Positions 25,584 through 33,908 of a stretch of DNA of 64,000 nucleotides are shown in pieces; within the stretch, counting starts at the first letter, position 1, and every line of letters starts with the position of its first letter. The DNA lies in NCBI GenBank assembly GCA_038249195.1, contig JBBRWM010000011.1, forward strand, positions 5,410 to 69,409. Reading direction: 5' to 3'. The notes beneath the pieces were generated by a model, which saw only the letters and a program-made list of their open reading frames with translations, had not been told where the DNA came from and made no database searches. A program made the position numbers and the translations under genes. Origin of the DNA: Actinomycetota bacterium. Lineage in GTDB: Bacteria; Actinomycetota; UBA4738; HRBIN12.

Positions 25584-26822
25584 GTGGTTCCCCACCGCCG
25601 ACCGGGCGTTGCCGTGCGTCGACGCCGTGCCTTCGTCGGGCTGGTCGGCGTCCTGCTGCTGCTCGTCCTGGGCCTCACGCTGTTCGCGCCGAGGTCCTCA
25701 CAGGCGCCGTCGAGTGCCGACGCGCCGACGGGAGGCACCGACGGCTCGCCGGACCCCGGAGGGGCCGCATCGTCGATGCCGCCCGCGTACCTTGCCTGGA
25801 TGTCGGGGGGCTTCCCGCCCGATCTCCGTCGACGCGTCGACGCGTTGCCCGCGCTCGGGCGATCGGTCGTGATCGCCGGCGACACGTTGTGGATGACCGC
25901 GTCGCGCGACGCCGGCGGTACGGTGGTCGACCGCCCGACGTCCCCCTTCGCCGTGCCGATCGATGCCTTCGCGGTGAGCCCCGACACCTACGCCCCGTTC
26001 CTCCCCGCCGACGTCCGGGATCGGGTCGTGCACGTGCTCGATGCGGGGCACGCGGTCCTGGGCGCATCCAGCGCCGGTCTGCGAACGCTCGGCCCCGGCG
26101 GCTCGATGACGTTCGGGGCACACACCGTCAAGGTCGGCGCCGTCGTGCCCGACGCCGCGGTGGGCTGGAGCGAGATGATGGTCTCGCGGGAGGTGGGGAT
26201 CGCCCTGGGGATCACCGACGAGCGCTACCTCTTGGCGCAGCCCGATGGCACGCCCTCCGAAGCCACGTTCGAGCGATGGGTCGGTGGCCTGCTGCCCCGT
26301 GGCACGTCCCTTCGCGTCGTGGCCCCGGGCGGCAGCCGATACATGCGCGTGGGCAGCGGCGTGAACCCCCCGGTCGTGCTGAAGCAGACGTTCGGAGAGT
26401 TCAGCGCCCATCCGCAGGCCGACCCCGCCTACCTCACGGAAGACCCGTCGTGGGTGCACGCGCACATCCAGACCCGCACCGTGCCGCTACTGGGCCGGAT
26501 CACCTGCAACCGGCGGCTGTTCCCGGCGCTGATCGCGGCCCTCGACGACGTGCAGCGGGCGAGGCTGGGCGGCCTGATCCACACGAACTCCGGATGCTGG
26601 AACGCCCGCACGGTGGCGCGCAGCCCAACCGCTCCACCCTCCGACCATGCCTACGGCGCCGCTGTGGACATCAACGCTCCGGAGAACGCGTACGGCGCGA
26701 CGCCCTCGATGGATCCGCGGATCGTCCGGATCTTCCGCGCCCACGGGTTCAACTGGGGCGGTGCGTTCTTGATCCCCGACGGCATGCACTTCGAGTTCGG
26801 GAAGCCCGACCCCGAGACATGA
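25584..26822 (+). CDS. M15 family metallopeptidase (VanY/D-Ala-D-Ala carboxypeptidase-like), membrane-anchored
   Basis: SDHAYGAAVDIN and DGMHFEF are the zinc ligands. The N-terminal TM helix is VGLVGVLLLLVLGLTLF. The start is uncertain (25494, 25584 or 25614). Confidence 0.75.
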   Translation: MVPHRRPGVAVRRRRAFVGLVGVLLLLVLGLTLFAPRSSQAPSSADAPTGGTDGSPDPGGAASSMPPAYLAWMSGGFPPDLRRRVDALPALGRSVVIAGDTLWMTASRDAGGTVVDRPTSPFAVPIDAFAVSPDTYAPFLPADVRDRVVHVLDAGHAVLGASSAGLRTLGPGGSMTFGAHTVKVGAVVPDAAVGWSEMMVSREVGIALGITDERYLLAQPDGTPSEATFERWVGGLLPRGTSLRVVAPGGSRYMRVGSGVNPPVVLKQTFGEFSAHPQADPAYLTEDPSWVHAHIQTRTVPLLGRITCNRRLFPALIAALDDVQRARLGGLIHTNSGCWNARTVARSPTAPPSDHAYGAAVDINAPENAYGATPSMDPRIVRIFRAHGFNWGGAFLIPDGMHFEFGKPDPET

Positions 26823-28099
26823 GTCGACGACGCTGGACCTCGGTCGCGGCCCTGTTCGCGCTCGCCGCCTGCACATCGGCGACCGCCGGGCGGGACCCGA
26901 CGCCGACCACCGAGCCGGTGCCCAGGCCGACCGCGACGGTCGCCGCACCGTCCGTCGGATCGCCCACGCCCACTCCCTCGGCGATCACCACCCGGACCGT
27001 CACGGCGGACTGGACGCGGGCGATCGACGCCGCAGTCGGGGGTCGCGACGTCTCGGTTGCCGTGGGCGTGAACGACCGGATCTTGTTCGAGCATGCCGGC
27101 GAGGAGCCACGGATCCCGGCTTCGAACCAGAAACTCCTGACCTCGATGGCCGCGTTGGCCATCTTCGGCCCCGATCATCGGTTCCCGACCGTCGCCGCCG
27201 CCCGTCGTCCGATCGGGGCGGGTGTGGTCCGCGGCGACCTCTGGCTCGTGGGATCCGGCGATCCTGAGCTGGACGCCGCGTCCTTGGCGCGGCTCGCCGA
27301 CGCCGTTTCCTCTGCAGGGGTATCGCGCATCACCGGCGGCGTGATCGGCGACACGTCGGCGTTCTCCCGAGCGTGGTGGGCGCCCGGATGGGTGCCGGGG
27401 CTCTCGCGGAGCTACGTGACGCGGACGACCGCGCTCGCCTTCGACGGGAACGTCGGCAGGGGGCTTCCCGAGGCAGCGGCGGCGGCCGCGCTCACGGCCG
27501 CCCTGCGCGGTCGAGGCATCGCGGTCGCCCACGACCCTGCGGCCGGCGTGGCGCCCACGGACCTTCACGCGGTGGCCCTCACACGATCCCGGCTGCTGCG
27601 AGACCTCCTCGCGGTGCAGAACCATGGCTCGGTGAACTTCTACGCCGAGACCCTCCTGAAGGCGATCGGTGCCGCGGCGAACCACGGCGCCGGCTCGACG
27701 GCCGGAGGCGCCGAAGCCGTGGCTGCGTGGGCGGGGTCGCTCGGTGTGGCGGCCCGGGTCGAGGACGGTTCCGGGCTCTCCCATCAGGACCTGGTCTCGG
27801 CGCGAGGGCTCGCGACCTTGCTCCTGCTCGCTCAAGATCTGCCCTGGGGACGTGCCCTCGACGCCTCGCTCGCCCCATCCGGCCAGGGCACGATGGAGGG
27901 CAGGCTCGTCGGCGTCCCCGTCCGCGCCAAGACGGGGACCCTCTTCGAGACGCCGGTCTCGGCGTTGTCCGGCTACGTCACCGACGCGGGCGGCGCCAGG
28001 GTCGCGTTCTCGGTGATCTCCCGCGGACTCGACAAGGGCACGGCCGTCGCCATCGAGGACGCCATCGTGCGCACCCTCGCAGGCGCTCACGTCGCGTGA
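26819..28099 (+). CDS. dacB: D-alanyl-D-alanine carboxypeptidase/endopeptidase (PBP4 family, peptidase S13) lipoprotein
   Basis: Lipobox LAAC, SNQK (S-x-x-K), and KTGT. The start overlaps the previous stop as ATGA. Confidence 0.85.
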   Translation: MSRRRWTSVAALFALAACTSATAGRDPTPTTEPVPRPTATVAAPSVGSPTPTPSAITTRTVTADWTRAIDAAVGGRDVSVAVGVNDRILFEHAGEEPRIPASNQKLLTSMAALAIFGPDHRFPTVAAARRPIGAGVVRGDLWLVGSGDPELDAASLARLADAVSSAGVSRITGGVIGDTSAFSRAWWAPGWVPGLSRSYVTRTTALAFDGNVGRGLPEAAAAAALTAALRGRGIAVAHDPAAGVAPTDLHAVALTRSRLLRDLLAVQNHGSVNFYAETLLKAIGAAANHGAGSTAGGAEAVAAWAGSLGVAARVEDGSGLSHQDLVSARGLATLLLLAQDLPWGRALDASLAPSGQGTMEGRLVGVPVRAKTGTLFETPVSALSGYVTDAGGARVAFSVISRGLDKGTAVAIEDAIVRTLAGAHVA

Positions 28100-28139
28100 G
28101 CCGCGGGCCCGTTGGCCCCGCAGCGGCCATACTGCAGAC

Positions 28140-29303
28140 ATGTTCCGGATGGCGGTGGGCCACAGCGACGACATCGACGCCGACGTTGCCGCGCGCGTCA
28201 TCGTCGATCAATGCCTCGAGGGGCTCGACGGCCTCGAGCCGAAAGCCGGCCTCCTCTTCTCCGCATGGGAATCCGACCACGAGGTGGTGCTCAGCAGCGT
28301 CAGGGAGCGCGTGCCGGGCATCGAGCTCATCGGCTCGACCTCCTCGGGCGAGATGTCTTCGGAGATGGGCTACCAGGAGGACTCCATCACCCTCGCGTTG
28401 TTCGCCTCCGACGAAGTGGACATCACCGGCGGTGTGGCCGAGCGCCTATGGGACGACGTGCCGGGCGCCGCTCGCTCGGCGGTCGAGCAGGCCCGGAACA
28501 AGACGGAGAAGGAGCCCCGGCTATGCATCGTTACCCCGTCGATCGGCGGAGACGTGCGGGCGCTGCTCGACGCGCTGCGGGGGACGCTTGGTCCGGACGT
28601 GCCCGTGATCGGGGGCGGAGCGGCACCGCGATCGAATCGCCATCCCGCCGGGGACAGCTGGCAGTTCTTCGGCAACCGGGTCGTGACCGACGCCGTTCCC
28701 CTTCTGCTCCTCTCGGGACCCCTCGCCTACTCATTCGGGACGGATGCGGGTTGGCGCCCGGTCGGACCGAGGGGCCGCGTCACCGACGTGTCGGGTGGCA
28801 CGGTGCGCGAGATCGACGGCAGGCCCGCCCTCGCCTTCTACGAGCGGTACTTGGGCGAGGGGTTCGAGCCTGCGTTCGCGACCCCCCTCGCCGTGTTCGA
28901 TGAGGGTTCCGAGCGGTTCTACCTTCGCGCGCCCGTGCGTCATGATCAAGGAACGGGAGCCGTCACGGTGAGCGGCGACGTGCAGGAAGGCGCCGAGGTT
29001 CAGCTGACGACGGCGGCTACCGACGAGATCTTCGACGGCGCCCGCTCCGCGTTGTCGCAGGCGATGGACCAGTTCCCCGACGGCGGGAAGCCCGAGGCGG
29101 CCTTGATCTTCTCCTGCGCGATCCGCAAGTACCTCCTTGGCACGCGCACGGGCACGGAGTACGAGATCCTTCGCCAGATGCTGGGCGACGGCGTCCCCGT
29201 GTGCGGGTTCTACTCATTCGGAGAGATCGCACCGCTCGATGAAGGCGGAGAGGCCCGCTACCACAACGAGACGATGGTCGCCTTGCTCATGGGCACGAAC
29301 TAG
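28140..29303 (+). CDS. FIST N/C-domain sensory protein
   Basis: 387 aa with the typical FIST layout (..GLLFSAWESD.., IGGGAA.., ALIFSCAIRKYLLG.., GFYSFGEIAP). Confidence 0.8.
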   Translation: MFRMAVGHSDDIDADVAARVIVDQCLEGLDGLEPKAGLLFSAWESDHEVVLSSVRERVPGIELIGSTSSGEMSSEMGYQEDSITLALFASDEVDITGGVAERLWDDVPGAARSAVEQARNKTEKEPRLCIVTPSIGGDVRALLDALRGTLGPDVPVIGGGAAPRSNRHPAGDSWQFFGNRVVTDAVPLLLLSGPLAYSFGTDAGWRPVGPRGRVTDVSGGTVREIDGRPALAFYERYLGEGFEPAFATPLAVFDEGSERFYLRAPVRHDQGTGAVTVSGDVQEGAEVQLTTAATDEIFDGARSALSQAMDQFPDGGKPEAALIFSCAIRKYLLGTRTGTEYEILRQMLGDGVPVCGFYSFGEIAPLDEGGEARYHNETMVALLMGTN

Positions 29304-29308
29304 CCGCC

Positions 29309-30094
29309 GTGCCCGATCCGAGCCCCGACCCGGATCTCACGAAGCAGATCCGGGTGCTCGCCCGCAAGCTCGAGCGACTGCAGACGAACACGCGCCAGCT
29401 CGAAGAGATCCGTGATGTGAACTCGAGGCTCCTGTCGAACCTCATGCACGAGCTCGACGAGGAGCGCACCCGATCCACCGAGCTTCTCCTGAACATCCTT
29501 CCGCGGCAGATCGTCGACCGTCTGGACCGCGGTGAGTCACTCATCGCGGATCGGTACGACGACGTGTCGGTCTTGATGAGCGATCTCGTTGGCTTCACGA
29601 GGATCTCTTCCCAACTGGCTCCCGATGTCTTGGTGACGGAGTTGAACCGGTTGTTCTCGGAGTTCGACGCCCTCTGCGCCTCGAGCGGGATGGAGAAGAT
29701 CAAGACGATCGGGGACGCATACATGGCGGTGGGAGGGCTTCCCGGCACCCGCGGCGATCACGTCGCCGCGGCCGCCGACATGGCGCTCCTGATGGTGGAC
29801 GCGCTCCACCGGATGAACGAGACCACGAAGCGAGGATGGCGGATCCGCATCGGCGTGCACACGGGCCAGGCCGTCGCAGGCGTGATCGGTAGTTGGAAGT
29901 TCGCGTACGACGTGTGGGGCGACACCGTGAACATGGCGAGCAGGCTCGAGTCGTCGTCGCTGCCAGATCGGATCCAGATCTCGTCGTCGGTGGTTGAGGC
30001 CCTTGGGACGGCGTACGTGGTCGAGGCCCGCGGCAGGATCGACCTCAAGGGCAAGGGGCAGACGGAAACGTCCTTCCTGATCGGTCGGCGGTAG
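29309..30094 (+). CDS. Class III adenylate cyclase with an N-terminal coiled-coil (signalling helix)
   Basis: VLMSDLVGFT, KTIGDAYMAV, GVHTGQAVAGVIG, and YDVWGDTVNMASRLES. The Lys/Asp specificity pair suggests ATP as substrate. It starts 5 nt after the FIST stop. Confidence 0.85.
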   Translation: MPDPSPDPDLTKQIRVLARKLERLQTNTRQLEEIRDVNSRLLSNLMHELDEERTRSTELLLNILPRQIVDRLDRGESLIADRYDDVSVLMSDLVGFTRISSQLAPDVLVTELNRLFSEFDALCASSGMEKIKTIGDAYMAVGGLPGTRGDHVAAAADMALLMVDALHRMNETTKRGWRIRIGVHTGQAVAGVIGSWKFAYDVWGDTVNMASRLESSSLPDRIQISSSVVEALGTAYVVEARGRIDLKGKGQTETSFLIGRR

Positions 30095-30098
30095 CCGA

Positions 30099-30539
30099 TC
30101 AGTCGTCCGGGGAGGTTCCGGAGCGGTAGACGTGGGCGGCGGCGCGAAGCGTGTCCACCAGCACGTCCAGCGGCGCGTTCTTCTCGATGAGGTTGGCGGC
30201 GCCCACGAACTCCGCGGCCCACCGCGACCCTTGCTCCGAGTACGCGGTCAAGATGACGACCTGGGTGCGCGGCTCCTGCGCCTTGATCATCACCGTGGCT
30301 TCCAGGCCGTCGATCTCCGGCATCCGCAGGTCCAGCAAGACGACCTCCGGGTGCAGCGAGGCCACCTTGTCCCCGGCCTCCGCGCCGTTGCGCGCGTCGC
30401 CGACGACATCGAAGCCGAACGCGGGCAGGCTGTCGCGCAGCACGAGCATCGTCTGGCTGTCGTCGTCGGCGATCAGCAGCCGGATGGGATCCTCGAGGAA
30501 CTCGGCCTCTTCGTGCGACGGGTCGACGGGCATGGCCAC
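30099..30539 (-). CDS. Single-domain response regulator (CheY-like receiver)
   Basis: LLIADDD, VLLDLRMPEIDG (phospho-acceptor Asp), VVILTAY, and IEKN. No output domain. Confidence 0.85.
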   Translation of the reverse strand: MAMPVDPSHEEAEFLEDPIRLLIADDDSQTMLVLRDSLPAFGFDVVGDARNGAEAGDKVASLHPEVVLLDLRMPEIDGLEATVMIKAQEPRTQVVILTAYSEQGSRWAAEFVGAANLIEKNAPLDVLVDTLRAAAHVYRSGTSPDD

Positions 30540-30775
30540 ACCTCGTTCGCGATCCGACCTTCGGGTCGCTCCCTCAAACGGTCGACATCACTCGGCGTGG
30601 TCTTTAGTCGGGACGCCGCCGGATCGGCGCCCGGTCGGTGTGTCCCGCGTCGGCCCGCGCCGGCCATCGCGGTTCGGCGTCGGTCCTCTGGGGGACTTGC
30701 GAATCACGACGTTGGCCGACTGTTCGGGTCGGCCCTCGAGCCTAGGCTCAGGTGACCGGCTCGAGCGGAGGCTCC

Positions 30776-31411
30776 GTGGCCGAAGGACGAACGCGCAGCG
30801 CCCAGCCGGCCGTCCACAAGGCGGCTTGGGACGATGACATCGAACGGCTCTTCGAAGCCTGGCTCAGACGGGTGGCGGCGGCCGAGGCCGGCCACCGGCA
30901 GTCCTCGGACCGGCTCCGTCGCGGTTCCTTGCTGCTCGGGATCCCCGTCGTCGTCCTTACCACGATCGTGGGCACGAGCGTGTTCGCCTCGCTCAACACG
31001 GCCGATGTGCAGATCGGCCTCCGAGCCCTGGTCGGTTCGCTGAGCATCCTCGCCGCGGCGCTCTCGAGCCTGCAGACGTTCCTGCGACTCGGGACGCGGG
31101 CCGAGGCTCATCGGATCGCAGCGTTCCGCTACGAGACGCTCCGACGCGACATGACCCAGGAGCTCGCGATCCCTCGGGCCTCGCGGGCCGACGCCGTGCA
31201 TCAGCTCGACGGTGTGCGTCTCCGCTTGGACCGCTACGCGAAGGAGTCGCCGACCATCGACGAGCGGCGTTGGGCGAAGCTCGAGCACCAGTTCCACCTG
31301 TCGAAGGTGCCGCCGGATCCGCAGTGGGCCGATCGGAAGATCCGGATCCCCGAGCCGGAACCCGCCGCGAGCGACGAGGGTACGCAGGGAGGAGCCGGCC
31401 ATGGATTGTGA
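30776..31411 (+). CDS. SLATT-like (DUF4231-like) two-transmembrane protein
   Basis: An N-terminal helix (WLRRVAAAEAGHRQSSDRLRR), two TM helices (LLLGIPVVVLTTIVGTSVFASL and LRALVGSLSILAAALSSLQTFL), then RAEAHRIAAFRYETLRRD. The GTG at 30776 follows GCGGAGG; an alternative GTG is at 30752. Confidence 0.6.
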   Translation: MAEGRTRSAQPAVHKAAWDDDIERLFEAWLRRVAAAEAGHRQSSDRLRRGSLLLGIPVVVLTTIVGTSVFASLNTADVQIGLRALVGSLSILAAALSSLQTFLRLGTRAEAHRIAAFRYETLRRDMTQELAIPRASRADAVHQLDGVRLRLDRYAKESPTIDERRWAKLEHQFHLSKVPPDPQWADRKIRIPEPEPAASDEGTQGGAGHGL

Positions 31412-32423
31412 CCTTGTGCTCGAGGGCGGGGGCGTGAAGGGCATCGGGCTCGTGGGGGCGTTCACGGAACTGCGGAACGCCCGCTACGCCGTGCACCGGG
31501 TCGCGGGAACGTCGGCGGGCGCCATCGTGGGCGCGCTCATCGCGTCCGGCATGGGGCCGGAGGAGCTGCAGCGCGTCATGCGGACCGTCGATTACGGACG
31601 GTTCCAGGACGAGGGCTTCATCGATCATCTCGGCCTCGTCGGCAAGGGCCTGTCGATCCTATTCGAGAAGGGGATCTACGAGGGCCGCTACCTGGTGGCG
31701 TGGCTTGATGGGCTCCTCGCCGGCCTCGGCCACCGCACGTTCGGGGACCTGCGCATCGACGATCCCAACTCGTCGCTCCCGCCCGAGAAGGCGTACAAAC
31801 TCGTCGTGATGACGTCGGACGTCACGCGGGGGGAGCTGGTGCGCCTTCCCTGGGATTACCCGAGGTACGGTCTCAAAGCCGACGATCAGCTGGTGGCCGA
31901 CGCCGTGCGCGCATCCATGTCGATCCCGTTCTTCTACGAGCCGCTCCGTTTCACCGGCCGCGACGCGGCCGGTGAAGCTGTGCACTCCTACATGGTGGAC
32001 GGCGGGATGCTCTCGAACTTCCCGATCGAGGTGTTCGACCGCACCGACGGCAAGCCACCGCGCTGGCCGACCTTCGGGATCAAGCTCTCGGCCAAGCCCG
32101 CGGCGGCGGTCCTTCAGCGATTCGACGTGAAGGGAACGTTGGGGTTGGCGCGTGCCATGGTGGGGACGATGACGAACTTCCACGACCAGATGCACATCGA
32201 CGATCCGTCGGTCCTGGCTCGCACGATGTTCGTGGACACGGTGCAGGTGAAGGCGACCGATTTCGATATCGACACGGCCACGCAGGACGAGCTCTTCGTG
32301 AACGGGCGCCGAGGAGCGCAGAAGTTCTTGGCGGAGTGGGATTTCGAGCGGTACGTGACGCAGTTCCGATCGGCCGATACGATCGATCTCACGTCCCATG
32401 AGACCCCGGTCCAGGCCGGCTGA
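31401..32423 (+). CDS. Patatin-like phospholipase
   Basis: LEGGGVKGIG (oxyanion hole), AGTSAGA (G-x-S-x-G), and VDGGMLSN (DGG). The ATG follows GGGAGGAG and overlaps the SLATT-like ORF by 11 nt. Confidence 0.9.
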   Translation: MDCDLVLEGGGVKGIGLVGAFTELRNARYAVHRVAGTSAGAIVGALIASGMGPEELQRVMRTVDYGRFQDEGFIDHLGLVGKGLSILFEKGIYEGRYLVAWLDGLLAGLGHRTFGDLRIDDPNSSLPPEKAYKLVVMTSDVTRGELVRLPWDYPRYGLKADDQLVADAVRASMSIPFFYEPLRFTGRDAAGEAVHSYMVDGGMLSNFPIEVFDRTDGKPPRWPTFGIKLSAKPAAAVLQRFDVKGTLGLARAMVGTMTNFHDQMHIDDPSVLARTMFVDTVQVKATDFDIDTATQDELFVNGRRGAQKFLAEWDFERYVTQFRSADTIDLTSHETPVQAG

Positions 32424-32512
32424 GCCGCGGAGGTTCGACCATCGCGAGCCGCTCGATCCCCGGCTTCCTACCCAGCACGTCGGGGTTCCGATTCGCGAAC
32501 GACTTCCCCCAC

Positions 32513-33136
32513 GTGCCCGTTCGGCACATCGGGATCCCCGGCGTCATCAGCCTCCCCATCGGCGACGCCTCGAACGGGCTGTGCGGCGGCATGGCGTTCG
32601 CCGCGCGCGACTATTTCGAAGCCGAGCGACCTCCGCCGCCGGACGAGGTCGCTCCCGGGAGCGGGCCGCTGTTCGACTACCTCTGCGAACGCCTCTTCGA
32701 CAGCTTCGATCTGCCGTGGGGTCCCGCACGATATCTGGAGCTGATGAGCCCGCTGCTGCCCGACGGCGAATCGCTGTGGAGTCGCGTGGGCTTGGTGCCG
32801 CACGGGCGGGCGTGGCGCATGGTGCACGGGGAGTGGCCCAAGGTTCGGGCGGCCCTCGATGCCGGGCAGCCCGCGACGCTCGGTCTCATCAAGGTCAGAT
32901 CATCCGATCCGCGGCAGCTGAAGCAGGACCATCAGGTGCTGGCCTACGGGTATTCCGAGGAAGGAGGGGCCCTCACCCTGCGGGTCTATGACCCTAACCG
33001 GCCAGGGCGCGACGACGTGACACTGACCCTCGACCTCGAGGACGGGGTCGATCCGGCTACGTTCGGCGCCTCGGACCTGCGCGAGCCGGTCTTCGCGTTC
33101 TTCCGCGTCGCCTACGAGTTGGCTACCCCTCCCTGA
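32513..33136 (+). CDS. Hypothetical protein with a papain-fold (C39-like) Cys/His arrangement
   Basis: NGLCGGMAFAARDYF (candidate nucleophile) and DHQVLAYGYSEEGGALTLRVYDPN (candidate His/Asp region). The coding-like frame is open from 32402. A possible ATC start at 32441 lies 6 nt after GGAGGT. Confidence 0.6.
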   Translation: MPVRHIGIPGVISLPIGDASNGLCGGMAFAARDYFEAERPPPPDEVAPGSGPLFDYLCERLFDSFDLPWGPARYLELMSPLLPDGESLWSRVGLVPHGRAWRMVHGEWPKVRAALDAGQPATLGLIKVRSSDPRQLKQDHQVLAYGYSEEGGALTLRVYDPNRPGRDDVTLTLDLEDGVDPATFGASDLREPVFAFFRVAYELATPP

Positions 33137-33163
33137 GCGACCTCTCGTGCAGGGGGTTCCCTC

Positions 33164-33775
33164 CTACTCCGCGGAGCGCTGCTTGCGATCCGGGCGGACG
33201 TAGTCCTCCTCGGACTCGTTCCACACCTCGCCCACGTTCTCCACGTTGAACCCGTACTCGAACACGAGCGTGCCGCCGTAGGCCGCGCCGAACAGCACGC
33301 ATGCTCCCGCCAGGACCGACAACACGAGCCACCCGAGCTGGGTTTGTGCCCGGTCGAAGTCCGTGATCCGCAGCACGAGGTTCACGATCGTGAGGAGGGT
33401 CACCGTGATCATCACCGTGGCGTGCCAGTTGATCGTTCGCCAGACCTGGGTGTGTTTGGCGCGCCCGATCGGCCCCGACTTTCGGTCGCGCGGGATCCCC
33501 TTCCACCAGTCGAAGAACCCGGTGAGCACCGCGCCCAGGCTGACGATGAACCCCGCCACCATCACGAAGGTCGCGGCGGCGAAGAAGTCCTGCGCCTTCG
33601 GATCGTGCGCGCTCGAGACGTAGGAGATCAGGTCGAAAACCGCGGCGAGCGCGTAGCACGCGATGGGGAAGTCGGTCAGCGGAGGATGCGACGGCTTGCC
33701 CGTGAACCCCCGCACCCCTTGGAACCGGCGACCCTTCAGGCGCAACGTGGGTCGGATCGAGTAGAGCTTCGGCAT
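33164..33775 (-). CDS. DUF2231 domain membrane protein
   Basis: HPPLTDFPIACYALAAVFDL, followed by further helices. Confidence 0.7.
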   Translation of the reverse strand: MPKLYSIRPTLRLKGRRFQGVRGFTGKPSHPPLTDFPIACYALAAVFDLISYVSSAHDPKAQDFFAAATFVMVAGFIVSLGAVLTGFFDWWKGIPRDRKSGPIGRAKHTQVWRTINWHATVMITVTLLTIVNLVLRITDFDRAQTQLGWLVLSVLAGACVLFGAAYGGTLVFEYGFNVENVGEVWNESEEDYVRPDRKQRSAE

Positions 33776-33908
33776 GATCCCTCCTCTCAGGGCGACGCGA
33801 GGAGGAACCCCCTCGACCGTCCGCATCATGGCATGAACGGTTGGGGTAGCCTCGACGAGGATGTCGTGGTCGTCGAGGCCGCGGCGGCTCGAGAACGGAG
33901 GTGCACCG

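Noticed and set aside
28140-32423. Calling the cyclase plus patatin neighbourhood a Pycsar or CBASS system.
   Set aside because: There is no CD-NTase/SMODS gene. The patatin and SLATT-like proteins show no recognisable cyclic-nucleotide-binding (CAP_ED/SAVED) domain. The cyclase has the Lys/Asp pair of ordinary adenylate cyclases. A convergent receiver gene separates the cyclase from the cassette. Only proximity links them, so this is kept as a hypothesis in the findings rather than a call.
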